Source of the DNA: Thermoleophilia bacterium
GTDB taxonomy: Bacteria; Actinomycetota; Thermoleophilia; Gaiellales; Gaiellaceae
DNA length: 64,000 bases
Assembly: GCA_017882605.1 (NCBI GenBank)
Contig: JADGPE010000002.1
Coordinates: 9,381 to 73,380, forward strand
Direction: 5' to 3'
The notes under the pieces are model-generated. The model saw nothing but the letters and a program-made list of their open reading frames with translations. It made no database searches and had not been told where the DNA came from. Positions 8,073 through 18,333 of this stretch are shown here, piece after piece. The position numbers and the translations under genes were made by a program. Numbering within the stretch: the first letter of the stretch is position 1; each line of letters begins with the position of its first letter.

Positions 8073-10658
8073 TCAGCCGCCGGCGGGCACGTATGCCGCT
8101 CCTGCGGCGAGAACCGCTTGCGCCGCCGCGAGCCGGGCGACCGGAACACGGAAGGGCGAGCAGGAGACGTAGTCGAGGCCGATGCTCTCGCAGAAGGCGA
8201 TCGACGCAGGGTCACCTCCGTGCTCGCCGCAGATCCCGATCTCGATCGACGGCCGTGTCGCCCGGCCGCGCTCGACCGCTGTGCGGACAAGCTCCCCGAC
8301 GCCCTCGACGTCGATCGTCTGGAACGGGTCTTGGGCCAGCAGCCCGTGCTGGAGGTAGAAGGTCAGGAAACGGCCCTGGGCGTCGTCGCGAGAGACGCCG
8401 AGCGTCGTCTGCGTGAGGTCGTTCGTCCCGAACGAGAAGAAGTCGGCATGGACGGCCAATTCGCCGGCACGCAGCGCCGCCCGGGGCAGCTCGATCATCG
8501 TGCCGACGCGGTACTCGAGACCGCCTTCCTCGGCAACGGTCCGAGCCGTCAACTCGACGAGCCATTCCAGCTCGGACGCGAATGCGACCAGCGGGTGCAT
8601 GATCTCGATGATCGGGAGGACTCCCATCCGCTGTTCGACAGCCTGCCCGGCGCGCACGATCGCCTTGATCTGCATCTCGTAGATCTCCGGCCGCTCGATC
8701 CCGAGGCGACAGCCGCGGGTGCCGAGCATCGGGTTTGCCTCGCGGAGGGACTCGATCCGCTCGCGAATGTGCAGGTCCTCGACCTCCGCGGGATCAGGAA
8801 GGAACTCGTGCAGCGGCGGGTCGAGCAGCCTGATCGTGACCGGCAATCCCGCCATGGCCTCGAAGATCCCTTCGAAGTCTGACTGCTGCATCGGCAGGAG
8901 CTGCTCCAGTGCCGCCGCGCGTTCCTCGACGGTCGACGCGAGGATCATCTCGCGAACGATCGGGAGGCGTTCCGCGGCCATGAACATGTGCTCGGTGCGG
9001 CAGAGGCCGATCCCCTCCGCCCCATGCTTGCGCGCACGCTCGGCGTCCAGAGGCGTGTCGGCGTTCGCGTAGACACGCAGACGCCGCACGTCGTCGGCCC
9101 AGTCGAGAATCGTCGCGAGGTTGGCGTCGGGCTCAGGCTCGACGAGCGGTGCAAGCCCGAGGATCACGCGACCGGTGGTGCCGTCGATCGTCAACGGATC
9201 GCCTTCGCGGATCGCCACGTCGCCGATCCGTGCGATGCGCTCGTCCAGATCGATGTCGAGCGCGGCACAGCCCGCGACGCACGGCTTGCCGAGCCCCCGG
9301 GCGACGACCGCTGCGTGCGAGGTCATCCCACCGCGTGCGGTCAGAATGCCCTGGGCCGGTAGGAGGCCGTGGATGTCGTCCGCCGTCGTCTCCGGCCGGA
9401 CGAGGATGATGTCCTCGCCGTCCGCGCTGCGAGCGGCGGCCGTGTTGGCGTCGAAGATCGCGAGCCCGCAGGCGGCTCCCGGCGACGCGCACAGGCCTGT
9501 GGCGACGACGACGAGCTCGGCACGGGGGTCGATGGTCGGGTGCAGGAGCTGTTCGAGCTGTGCGGGATCGATTCGCTGCACTGCCTCGTCGCGGCTCAAC
9601 AGGCCCTCCCCCGCCATGTCGACTGCGGTGCGAAGGGCGGCCGTCGCGGTCCGCTTGGCTCCGCGTGTCTGCAGGAGATAGAAGCGTCCGCTCTCAACGG
9701 TGAACTCGACATCCTGCATGTCGCGGTAGTGCCGTTCGAGCTCGGCAACCGCGGTCACGAGCTGCGCATGGGCCTCGGGCAACACGGCGCGCATCTCGGC
9801 GACGGGCAACGGCGTGCGGGTCCCGGCGACGATGTCCTCGCCCTGCGCCTCCGAGAGGAACTCGCCGTAAAGGCCGGGCTCTCCCGTCGCCGGATCGCGG
9901 CTGAAGCACACACCGGTGGCCGAGCGCGAGTCACGGTTCCCGAACACCATCTGCACGACGTTCGCAGCGGTGCCCGCGTCCTCGGAGATGCCCGCCGTCT
10001 TGCGATAGACCTGGGCGCGCGGGGCGTTCCAGGAGTCGAAGACCGCAGCGACGGCGGCGAAGAGCTGCTCTTTGGGGTCCTGCGGAAAATCGGTTCCGGT
10101 CGCATCCAGGTAGATGCCGCGGAAGGCGTCGACCAGCTCGTTGAGGTCGTCGTGAGTCGGTGTTTCGTTGTGATCACGCGCCTCGAAGGCTTCGAGCTCC
10201 TTGGCGAAGAGCGCCGAGTCGATGCCCGCGACGACCTCGCCGTACATCTGGATCAGGCGCCGATAGTCGTCGAGCAGGAAGTGCACCGCCTCGGGCTGTG
10301 CCTGCCTGATCACGGCGTCGCCCATGCCGAGGTTCAGGACGGTCTCCATCATCCCCGGCATCGAGACGGGCCCACCGGAGCGCACGGAGACGAGCAGCGG
10401 ATTCGCGGGATCGCCGAAGCGCTGGCCGGTGCGCTCTTCGAGCAGCGCGAGGTGCTGTTCGATCTCCTCGCGGAGATCGGCCGGCAACGGTCCATGGTCG
10501 GCGAGATAGTGGCGGCACGCTTCGGTCGTGATCGTGAACCCGGCCGGAACCGGCAGGTCGAGCGCCGTCATCTCGGCGAGGCCGAGGCCTTTGCCGCCGA
10601 GCACGTCGCGGCCTCCCTCGCAGTATTCGTCGAAGTCGTAGACCAGCTTGGCAGTCAT
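8073..10658 (-). CDS. ppdK: pyruvate, phosphate dikinase
   Basis: GGKGLGLAEM, phosphohistidine region GGMTSHAAVVARG, PEP-utilizer GLCRTEHMF, C-terminal CGEHGGDP; ATG 10658 with GGGAGG SD. Confidence 0.93.
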   Translation of the reverse strand: MTAKLVYDFDEYCEGGRDVLGGKGLGLAEMTALDLPVPAGFTITTEACRHYLADHGPLPADLREEIEQHLALLEERTGQRFGDPANPLLVSVRSGGPVSMPGMMETVLNLGMGDAVIRQAQPEAVHFLLDDYRRLIQMYGEVVAGIDSALFAKELEAFEARDHNETPTHDDLNELVDAFRGIYLDATGTDFPQDPKEQLFAAVAAVFDSWNAPRAQVYRKTAGISEDAGTAANVVQMVFGNRDSRSATGVCFSRDPATGEPGLYGEFLSEAQGEDIVAGTRTPLPVAEMRAVLPEAHAQLVTAVAELERHYRDMQDVEFTVESGRFYLLQTRGAKRTATAALRTAVDMAGEGLLSRDEAVQRIDPAQLEQLLHPTIDPRAELVVVATGLCASPGAACGLAIFDANTAAARSADGEDIILVRPETTADDIHGLLPAQGILTARGGMTSHAAVVARGLGKPCVAGCAALDIDLDERIARIGDVAIREGDPLTIDGTTGRVILGLAPLVEPEPDANLATILDWADDVRRLRVYANADTPLDAERARKHGAEGIGLCRTEHMFMAAERLPIVREMILASTVEERAAALEQLLPMQQSDFEGIFEAMAGLPVTIRLLDPPLHEFLPDPAEVEDLHIRERIESLREANPMLGTRGCRLGIERPEIYEMQIKAIVRAGQAVEQRMGVLPIIEIMHPLVAFASELEWLVELTARTVAEEGGLEYRVGTMIELPRAALRAGELAVHADFFSFGTNDLTQTTLGVSRDDAQGRFLTFYLQHGLLAQDPFQTIDVEGVGELVRTAVERGRATRPSIEIGICGEHGGDPASIAFCESIGLDYVSCSPFRVPVARLAAAQAVLAAGAAYVPAGG

Positions 10659-10793
10659 GCTGCGCACCTCCCGAGAAGGACGTCCCAGTCGGCCGCGGCG
10701 CGCGGGTTGGCCATCGGCTCGACGCTGACACTCATTACTTCGAGTCTTGGGTGGGCTCGGGGAAGCAGCATCGGCGCGATCCCGGATCGGGTC

Positions 10794-10807
10794 GCGGATT
10801 TTCCCGC
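10794..10807. promoter_or_regulatory. candidate operator, motif copy a (GCGGATTTTCCCGC)
   Basis: Imperfect palindrome 136 nt upstream of ppdK start; shares the 11-mer TTTTCCCGCAG with copy b. Confidence 0.4.
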
Positions 10808-10835
10808 AGGTCGCCCGTGGCCGCCCGGGCACGCC

Positions 10836-10861
10836 GAGGCGGCCGCCGGAGCGGCCGCCTC
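10836..10861 (-). terminator. hairpin just downstream of gap (terminator/attenuator or RNA-stability element)
   Basis: GAGGCGGCCGC / loop CGGA / GCGGCCGCCTC, perfect 11-bp stem; no U tract. Confidence 0.4.
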
Positions 10862-10876
10862 GTGGGAGTGGTCTCG

Positions 10877-11899
<1,023 letters not shown>

Positions 11900-11920
11900 T
11901 TTGCTTCTCCTTTTGAGCTT

Positions 11921-12373
11921 CTAGGTGAGTGCGGGTGCCGGCGCGGGCTCCGGCACGATGAGGAGCGGACGTGTCGCATCGCCGATCAAGGCCCGGGAGG
12001 TGCTGCCGAGCAGGAACCGCTTGATACCGGTCAGGTGACGAGATCCGACCACGATGAGGTCGACGTCGAGATCGTCCGCGACCGCGGAGATCTGCGTCGG
12101 CGGATAGCCCACCAGCAACTCCGTCTTGCTGGGCACGCCGAGTTTCTCGGCCTTGGCGCAGGCGGCGATCAACAGTTCGGTTTGCGCCCGCTCGGGCACG
12201 CGATCGGGCTTCCCCTCCCCGTGAACGAACTGCTCTCCGACGATCGAGACCACGTTCACGAACACGACCTCCGACGCTTCGTCGACGGCCAGCGCCAGAC
12301 CCTGTTCGACCGCTGCCTGAGACGCCGGGGTGTCGTCGATCGCGATCAGGATGCGTTTCAGCTTCCGTGTCAT
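11921..12373 (-). CDS. universal stress protein
   Basis: ILIAIDDTPAS...DLIVVGSRHLTGIKRFLLGSTS UspA motifs; ATG 12373 with AAAGGAGG SD. Confidence 0.85.
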   Translation of the reverse strand: MTRKLKRILIAIDDTPASQAAVEQGLALAVDEASEVVFVNVVSIVGEQFVHGEGKPDRVPERAQTELLIAACAKAEKLGVPSKTELLVGYPPTQISAVADDLDVDLIVVGSRHLTGIKRFLLGSTSRALIGDATRPLLIVPEPAPAPALT

Positions 12374-12425
12374 CGCTGCCTCCTTTGTCGCTTCCAGACT
12401 GCACCCGGCTCCCAGGCGGCGCACC

Positions 12426-12438
12426 GGGGTTTTCCCGC
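12426..12438. promoter_or_regulatory. candidate operator, motif copy b (GGGGTTTTCCCGC)
   Basis: In the 149-nt divergent USP/USP intergenic region, 53 nt and 85 nt from the two starts. Confidence 0.4.
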
Positions 12439-12522
12439 AGTTGCCTCGGGGCGTTCGCCGATTCCCTGGACACCGCCGACCGAACATGATCGAGTGAAGC
12501 TCCAGCGAAAAGGAGGCGTCTC

Positions 12523-12972
12523 ATGTACGAGATCGTGCTCTGGGCGACCGACGCATCACCTACTTCGGACGGCGCGCTCGTGGAGGCCCGGCGGCTTGTG
12601 CAGCCCGGCGGCCGCCTGATCGCATTTCACTGTGACGAACGATTCCTCGGCGGACGCTCGGGAGGGATGCCGGTTCTCGCCGACGAGACCGACCGCCGCG
12701 AAAAGCTGCTCGCACAGATCGAGCAGCTGAAGGCCGACGGCATCGACGCCGAACTGGTCGTCGAGACGACCCACGCCAACACCGCGGGGGAGATCGCCAA
12801 GGCGGCCGAGATCCATGGGGCAGACATCATCGTTTGCGGCACCCGTGGCTTCGGTGTCGTCGCAGGCGCCGTCGCCGGCAGTGTCGCGATGCGGCTGCCG
12901 CACCTGGCGGCCTGCCCGGTGATCGTCGTCTCGGAGCGGGCGGCGGAGCGCACCGCGCTCGGACGCCGGTAG
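12523..12972 (+). CDS. universal stress protein
   Basis: IVLWATDASPTS...DIIVCGTRGFGVVAGAVAGSVA; AAAGGAGG SD. Confidence 0.85.
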   Translation: MYEIVLWATDASPTSDGALVEARRLVQPGGRLIAFHCDERFLGGRSGGMPVLADETDRREKLLAQIEQLKADGIDAELVVETTHANTAGEIAKAAEIHGADIIVCGTRGFGVVAGAVAGSVAMRLPHLAACPVIVVSERAAERTALGRR

Positions 12973-12986
12973 CGAGCCCCGTCGCG

Positions 12987-13011
12987 GGCGCCGCGCGAGG
13001 ACCGCGGCGCC
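12987..13011 (+). terminator. hairpin after USP gene
   Basis: GGCGCCGCG / 7-nt loop / CGCGGCGCC, 9-bp stem. Confidence 0.35.
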
Positions 13012-13023
13012 TGACCTTCGTCC

Positions 13024-13737
13024 GTGACGGCGACAATCCACATCGAGCACCTGCACGTCGTGCGCGGCGGGCGGACCGTGATCGAGGATCTCTCCCTCGA
13101 CGTCTCACCCGGCCGTGTGACCGGCCTGCTCGGGCCGAGCGGCTGCGGCAAGTCGACCCTGATGCGCGCCATCGTCGGCGTCCAGGTGGTCGCCGCCGGC
13201 CGCGTCGAGGTCCTCGGCCGCGCGGCGGGCGAGCCGTCGCTGCGGCACGACGTCGGCTACCTGACGCAGTCGCCTTCCGTCTACACCGACCTGACGGTGA
13301 CCGAGAACCTGCAGTACTTCGCGGCCGTGACGGGAGCTCCGCCGGGCAGCGTGGACGAGGTGCTCGCCCAGGTCGCGCTCCAGGATGCCGCAGGGCAGGT
13401 CGTAGGCTCGCTCTCGGGAGGACAGCGCACACGCGCCTCGCTCGCGACGACGCTCGTCAATCGTCCCACTGTGCTGGTGCTCGACGAGCCCACGGTCGGG
13501 CTCGACCCGATCCTGCGCGCCGACCTGTGGCAGTCGTTCCACGAGCTCACCGACGCCGGAGCGACGCTGCTCGTCTCGAGCCATTCGATGGAAGAGGCGG
13601 CCGAGTGCGACGACCTCCTCCTGATGCGAGAGGGGGCGATCCTCAGCGCGACGACTCCTGACGAGCTGCGGGAGCGCACCGGAGAGCACGACCTCAGCCG
13701 CGCGTTCCTCGCCGTCGTTCGCGGGGCCGGCGCGTGA
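13024..13737 (+). CDS. ABC transporter ATP-binding protein
   Basis: Walker A GPSGCGKST, signature LSGGQRTR, Walker B VLVLDEP. Confidence 0.9.
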   Translation: MTATIHIEHLHVVRGGRTVIEDLSLDVSPGRVTGLLGPSGCGKSTLMRAIVGVQVVAAGRVEVLGRAAGEPSLRHDVGYLTQSPSVYTDLTVTENLQYFAAVTGAPPGSVDEVLAQVALQDAAGQVVGSLSGGQRTRASLATTLVNRPTVLVLDEPTVGLDPILRADLWQSFHELTDAGATLLVSSHSMEEAAECDDLLLMREGAILSATTPDELRERTGEHDLSRAFLAVVRGAGA

Positions 13738-14456
13738 CGGCCACCGCCCAGCGCGTGCTGCGGCAGATCCGGCGCGACCCGCGCACGATCGCGCTGCTGA
13801 TCGGCGTGCCCGTCGGGCTCCTGACGCTGCTGCGCTACGTGTTCGACTCGCAGGTCACGACCTTCGAGCACATCGGCGCGCCGATGTGCGGGCTCTTCCC
13901 GTTCACGCTGATGTTCCTGATCACGTCGATCGCGATGCTGCGGGAACGAACGTCCGGGACGCTCGAACGCCTGATGTCGCTTCCCATCTCGAAGGCCTCC
14001 CTGCTCGGCGGGTACGCGATTGCCTTCGGCGTCCTCGCTGCGGTCCAGGCGGCGATCGTCTGCACCGTCGGCTTCGCCTGGCTCGGCCTGAACGCCGCGC
14101 ACGGCGCGTGGCTCGTCGGTCTCCTCGCGGTCGGCAATGCGCTGCTCGGGATGGCGCTCGGCCTGTTCGCGAGCGCATTCGCGCGCACCGAGTTCCAGGC
14201 GGTGCAATTCATGCCCGCAATCGTCTTCCCGCAGCTGCTGCTCTGCGGCCTCTTCGTGCCCCGCAGCGCGATGGCCGGCCCGCTGCAGGTCGTCGCAGAC
14301 GCCTTCCCGCTGACCTACGCCTTCGATGCGCTCAGCCGGGCGACCCATCCGGGCCCGCTCGGCCGGACGTTTGCACTCGACGTCGTCGTCGTGATCGGCT
14401 CGACGCTTGCCGCCCTGGCGCTCGGCGCAGCCACACTGCGCCGCCGGACGCCGTAA
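13734..14456 (+). CDS. ABC-2 type transporter permease
   Basis: GTGA overlap with ATPase gene; six hydrophobic segments, ABC-2 style N-terminus RQIRRDPRTIALLI. Confidence 0.85.
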   Translation: MTATAQRVLRQIRRDPRTIALLIGVPVGLLTLLRYVFDSQVTTFEHIGAPMCGLFPFTLMFLITSIAMLRERTSGTLERLMSLPISKASLLGGYAIAFGVLAAVQAAIVCTVGFAWLGLNAAHGAWLVGLLAVGNALLGMALGLFASAFARTEFQAVQFMPAIVFPQLLLCGLFVPRSAMAGPLQVVADAFPLTYAFDALSRATHPGPLGRTFALDVVVVIGSTLAALALGAATLRRRTP

Positions 14457-14474
14457 GCGGCCGCAGGAACGCCT

Positions 14475-14486
14475 GGGGATTTCCCC
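14475..14486. promoter_or_regulatory. weaker motif copy d (GGGGATTTCCCC)
   Basis: Perfect 12-nt palindrome 37 nt upstream of candidate small ORF 14523. Confidence 0.25.
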
Positions 14487-14522
14487 GATGCGCAGCCGGC
14501 CGGCCGGCGCGAAGGTGAAGCC

Positions 14523-14669
14523 ATGAGTCCCGCCGTCAACTCACTCGGCATGGTCGTCGCGACGCTCCTGATGCTGCTGGCAGGCCTGTCGAAGAAGCGC
14601 CTCGAGTGGAAGCCACGCGACCGGACGAAACGGAGTCGCAAGCCGCCCAGCCCGCCCTTGGGTGCCTGA
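14523..14669 (+). CDS. candidate 48-aa single-TM peptide
   Basis: ATG preceded by GAAGGTGA; MSPAVNSLGMVVATLLMLLAGLSKKRLEWKPRDRTKRSRKPPSPPLGA; below ORF-track size cutoff. Confidence 0.3.
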   Translation: MSPAVNSLGMVVATLLMLLAGLSKKRLEWKPRDRTKRSRKPPSPPLGA

Positions 14670-14687
14670 TCGTCGCTCGACCGGGCG

Positions 14688-15593
14688 TCAGCCCTCCCAG
14701 TCGCCGGTGATCAGCGCGTAGAGCAGCGCCTGCTCGGTGGGCATCCGGTTCGCCGCCTGGCGCCAGACCACCGACTGCGGGCCGTCGATCACCTCGGCCT
14801 GAACCTCGCTGCCGCGGTGCGCAGGAAGGCAGTGCATGAAGCTCGCTCGCCGCGCGGCGAGCGACATCAGCTCCTCGGTCACCTGGTACGGCGCGAGCAC
14901 CCGTTCGCGCTCGGCTGCCTCGGACTCCTCCCCCATCGACGTCCAAACGTCGGTGTAGACGACGTCTGCACCGGCGACGGCGAGCCGCGGATCTCGCACG
15001 ACGGCCACGTCTCCACTCAGAGCCGGCTCGTAGCCTGCGGGCGTTGCGACCGTCAGCTCGAGACCGGTCAGGCCCGCGGCCTCGACCAGCGAGTTGACGA
15101 CGTTGTTCCCGTCGCCGACGAACGCCAACTTGATCCCGTCGAGGCTGCCGTACAGCTCACGGATCGTGAGCAGGTCGGCCAGCGCCTGGCAGGGGTGGTG
15201 CTCGTCGGTCAGCGCGTTGACGACCGGAATGGTCGCCGCCGCCGCGAGCTCTTCGACGGTCGAGTGCGCGAAAGTCCGCACGGTCACTGCAGCGGCGTAA
15301 CTCGACAGCGTGCGTGCCGTGTCGGCGATCGTCTCGCCGCGGCCGAGCTGCAGCTCGTCGGGGCGAATGACCTGGTCCTCCATCCCGAGGCGTGAGGCGG
15401 CCGTCGCGAACGAGATCCGCGTTCGCGTCGACGGCTTGTCGAACAGCGAGACGACGATGTCGCCCTCGAGCGCGTGCAACCAGCCGTAGGGGCGCTCCTT
15501 CATGCGCGCCGCGAGGTCGAGCACCTGCTCGAGCTCGCTCGCCCGAAGGTCGGCCAGCCGGAGCAGGTGCCGGGTGCGGGACCGTGTTGCCAT
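14688..15593 (-). CDS. argF: ornithine carbamoyltransferase
   Basis: STRTRISF, HPCQALADL, DVWTSMG, HCLPAHRGSEV; ATG 15593 preferred over GTG 15596 because of the spacing to the GGGAGGAG SD. Confidence 0.9.
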   Translation of the reverse strand: MATRSRTRHLLRLADLRASELEQVLDLAARMKERPYGWLHALEGDIVVSLFDKPSTRTRISFATAASRLGMEDQVIRPDELQLGRGETIADTARTLSSYAAAVTVRTFAHSTVEELAAAATIPVVNALTDEHHPCQALADLLTIRELYGSLDGIKLAFVGDGNNVVNSLVEAAGLTGLELTVATPAGYEPALSGDVAVVRDPRLAVAGADVVYTDVWTSMGEESEAAERERVLAPYQVTEELMSLAARRASFMHCLPAHRGSEVQAEVIDGPQSVVWRQAANRMPTEQALLYALITGDWEG

Positions 15594-15603
15594 CACTCCT
15601 CCC

Positions 15604-16938
15604 TCATGCCGTGGTCATCAGGTGCAGCGTGCCGAGAATTGGAGCGAGCACGTCCTCCAACGTCGGATGCCCGACCTCTTCGAGGTCGTAGGTGGCGTGC
15701 CTGATCGGGTGTCGCGACTCGATCAGCCTGCTCAGGTCGATCGGCGTCCCGGTGACGACCACATCGCAGTCGGTCGCGTTGATCGTCTCCTGCAGGTCGT
15801 GGAGCTGCTGACCCGAGTACCCCATCGCCGGCAGGACGTTGACCAGGTGCGGCCACCGCTCGAGCGTCTCCTTGATCGTCCCGACCGCGTACGGCCGGGG
15901 ATCCACCAGGGTGGCCGCGCCGGCGTTGCGGGCGGCGACCGTGCCCGCCCCGAACGCCATGCCTCCGTGCGTGAGCGTCGGCCCGTCGTCGACGACGAGC
16001 ACACGCTTGCCGAGGACGGCGTCGCCGGCCTCCAGGTGCACCGGTGACTTCGCATACACCACCCTCGCGGCTGGATTCACGCGCTCGACGTCGGCCACGA
16101 CGCGCAGGACATCTGCGGGCTCGGCCGTGTCGACCTTGTTGACGACGACGACGTCCGCCATCCGGAGATTGACCTCACCCGGGTGGTAGGTCAGCTCGTG
16201 GCCTGCCCGCAGGGGATCCACGATGACGATGTGCACGTCGGGTGTGTAGAACGGGAAGTCGTTGTTGCCGCCGTCCCAGATGATCACGTCGGCCTCCGCC
16301 TGCGCCTGCGCCAGGATCTCGGCGTAGTCGACTCCGGCGTACATGACCATTCCCAGCTCGACCGGCGCCTCGTATTCCTCGCGTTCCTCGAGCGTGGGGC
16401 TCGCGGCGTCGATGTCGGCCAGCGAGCCGAAGCGCTGCACCCGCATCGCCTCGAGGTCGCCGTACGGCATCGGGTGCCGCACGAGCGCGACCGACAGGCC
16501 GTGCGAGCGCAGGATGCGACCGACCGCGCGGGTCGTCTGGCTCTTACCGCAGCCGGTTCGGACCGCGGTGACGGCGATCACCGGCTTGACGCTGTTCAGC
16601 ATCGTCGAGCGGGGGCCGAGCAACGTGAAGTCGGCGCCTGCCGCAAGCGCGATCGACGCCTTGTGCATGACCACCTCGTGTGCGAGGTCGGAGTACGCGA
16701 GCACGACCTCGTCGACGTCCTCGCGCAGGATCAGGTCGGCGAGCTCGTCCTCCGGGACGATCGGAATGCCTCTTGGATACAAGGGGCCGGCCAGCGACGG
16801 CGGGTAGAGCCGGTCGTCGATCCCTGGAATCTGCGCCGCCGTGAAGGCGACGACGTGCTGGTCCGTGTCTTCGCGAAAGACCGTGTTGAAGTCGTGGAAG
16901 TCGCGCCCTCCGGCGCCCATGATCACGACGCGTCTCAT
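15604..16938 (-). CDS. COG2403-type predicted P-loop GTPase / cyclic 2,3-diphosphoglycerate synthetase-like protein
   Basis: N-terminus VVIMGAGGRDFHDFNTVFRED..VVAFTAAQIPGI, P-loop AVRTGCGKSQTT, RHPMPYGDL; family assignment from memory of this fold family, not searched. Confidence 0.75.
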   Translation of the reverse strand: MRRVVIMGAGGRDFHDFNTVFREDTDQHVVAFTAAQIPGIDDRLYPPSLAGPLYPRGIPIVPEDELADLILREDVDEVVLAYSDLAHEVVMHKASIALAAGADFTLLGPRSTMLNSVKPVIAVTAVRTGCGKSQTTRAVGRILRSHGLSVALVRHPMPYGDLEAMRVQRFGSLADIDAASPTLEEREEYEAPVELGMVMYAGVDYAEILAQAQAEADVIIWDGGNNDFPFYTPDVHIVIVDPLRAGHELTYHPGEVNLRMADVVVVNKVDTAEPADVLRVVADVERVNPAARVVYAKSPVHLEAGDAVLGKRVLVVDDGPTLTHGGMAFGAGTVAARNAGAATLVDPRPYAVGTIKETLERWPHLVNVLPAMGYSGQQLHDLQETINATDCDVVVTGTPIDLSRLIESRHPIRHATYDLEEVGHPTLEDVLAPILGTLHLMTTA

Positions 16939-16958
16939 GATTGCTCCTTTTCGCTGCG

Positions 16959-17345
16959 TCAGATGACGGCGGAGTCGGGCCTCACTCTCGAAGCCACAGG
17001 TGTGATCTCCAACGAGGTCGAGCCTGGTTGCTCGCTGCGAGGAGCACGAAGCACCACGATGCCGTCCGCGATTCGAACGGTGAGGTGGGTCGTGTCGGCT
17101 CCCTCGGGCAGGTGGAAGTCGCGACGGAACTCGGTCGGCCCGCGCTCGTCCTGCAGGTAGTGGTGATCGCCGGCATGCCCGAAGCGATGCCCGCTGACGC
17201 TCACCACGGGCCCCGACACGGACACGGCGAGCTCGTCCGGGCCGAACCCGGGAGCCTCGAGCTCGACCGTCACCGCTCTCTGCGTCAGATACACGTCCGC
17301 GCAGGGCAGACGCTGCGACGCGTGGCCGTTCGTCTCGATCGACAT
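16959..17345 (-). CDS. Hsp20/alpha-crystallin family small heat-shock protein
   Basis: ACD-like core VTVELEAPGFGPDELAVSV...FRRDFHLPEGADTTHLTVRIADGIVVLR; ATG 17345 with GAAGGAGG SD. Confidence 0.85.
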   Translation of the reverse strand: MSIETNGHASQRLPCADVYLTQRAVTVELEAPGFGPDELAVSVSGPVVSVSGHRFGHAGDHHYLQDERGPTEFRRDFHLPEGADTTHLTVRIADGIVVLRAPRSEQPGSTSLEITPVASRVRPDSAVI

Positions 17346-17454
17346 GGAACAGCCTCCTTCGAGTCTACGGCGCCATCGTCGGAGGACAGGTCGCACATCG
17401 CATCAGTGGCTTCGCTGACGAACCGTGCGGATCGCCGCTGATGCAGGCGATCGT

Positions 17455-17467
17455 GCGGGTTTCCCGC
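17455..17467. promoter_or_regulatory. candidate operator, motif copy c (GCGGGTTTCCCGC)
   Basis: GCGGG-N3-CCCGC inverted repeat in the 225-nt divergent region between hsp20 operon and membrane-protein gene. Confidence 0.4.
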
Positions 17468-17570
17468 ACTGGTGTTCCGCATGAGGCCGGATGGCGACGG
17501 GCGGCAGCCGCTTCACAGTGCCCGGAAAGGCCGGATGACCACCCCGGCCCAAGCGAAAAAGGAGTCAGAG

Positions 17571-18215
17571 ATGCGCAAGTACCTAGAGATCGGAGGCGTC
17601 GTTGCAACGGTCGTGCTGATCGTGTTCGGCGCCGTCGCCATCGCCCTCGGCGTCAACGGCCGGAGCACCGTTCGCGACAGCCTCAAGGCGGAACAGATCG
17701 TCGGTAGCCCCGACATGACGAAGGCCGGGATCGCGGCCGAGGCCAAGGCGGCCGGACTGCCTTCCTCGATCAAGCTCCCGACGGCGAACATCGCCGGCAA
17801 GGCGATCGTCACGGGCGCGCTCGCCCGCGACTTCGCCGAGTACATGAGGATCCACGCGCTCGAGGCGAGCGGTGGACTGACGTACTCGCAGATGCCGCGC
17901 TATGCATCCGCTGACGGGAAGGGCACCAACGACGCGAGCAAGGCCAGCAAGGGGGCAAACGGACAGCCGCTCGACAACGCCGCCCGCAACACATGGGTGA
18001 CCGAGACCGCGCTGTCGACCGCGCTCAACGCGAGCTTCCTCGCCGAGAACGTCGCGCTCTTCGGCATCGTCACCGGTGTCGCGTTCCTCCTCACCGGCAT
18101 CGGCTTCGGGATCCTGGTGCTCTTCGGATCGCTCCGCGGCCGTGAACCGGCGCTTGAACTCTTCGGCAAGCGCAAGCCGGAGGCAGCGGGAACGACGACC
18201 GCTCCCGTCGCGTAA
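17571..18215 (+). CDS. hypothetical bitopic membrane protein (TM at each end, ~150-aa external domain)
   Basis: ATG 17571 with AAAAAGGAG SD; MRKYLEIGGVVATVVLIVFGAVAIALG ... LFGIVTGVAFLLTGIGFGILVLF. Confidence 0.7.
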   Translation: MRKYLEIGGVVATVVLIVFGAVAIALGVNGRSTVRDSLKAEQIVGSPDMTKAGIAAEAKAAGLPSSIKLPTANIAGKAIVTGALARDFAEYMRIHALEASGGLTYSQMPRYASADGKGTNDASKASKGANGQPLDNAARNTWVTETALSTALNASFLAENVALFGIVTGVAFLLTGIGFGILVLFGSLRGREPALELFGKRKPEAAGTTTAPVA

Positions 18216-18233
18216 GACCTGCGCATCTCCGGA

Positions 18234-18266
18234 GGCGGGCCGTCTGCAGGCGGCCCGCCTTTGTAC
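18234..18266 (+). terminator. intrinsic terminator
   Basis: GGCGGGCCG / loop / CGGCCCGCC stem followed by TTTGTACTTT. Confidence 0.6.
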
Positions 18267-18285
18267 TTTCGATCAGGGAAGGCTG

Positions 18286-18333
18286 ATGAAAACGGCAAGC
18301 ACTGTTCTCGAACTGCTCGACACGGTCGCGTGA
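18286..18333 (+). CDS. candidate 15-codon upstream ORF (MKTASTVLELLDTVA)
   Basis: ATG 18286 preceded by AGGGAAGG; its TGA overlaps the next ATG as TGATG. Confidence 0.3.
   Translation: MKTASTVLELLDTVA

Noticed and set aside
12374-12522. Canonical M. tuberculosis-type DosR box (GGGAC..GTCCC palindrome) in USP, hsp20, ppdK and xfp upstream regions
   Set aside because: I did not see the half-sites in any of the intergenic regions read by eye, so only the different GGGG-TTTT-CCCGC motif is reported. A matrix scan is needed before excluding it.
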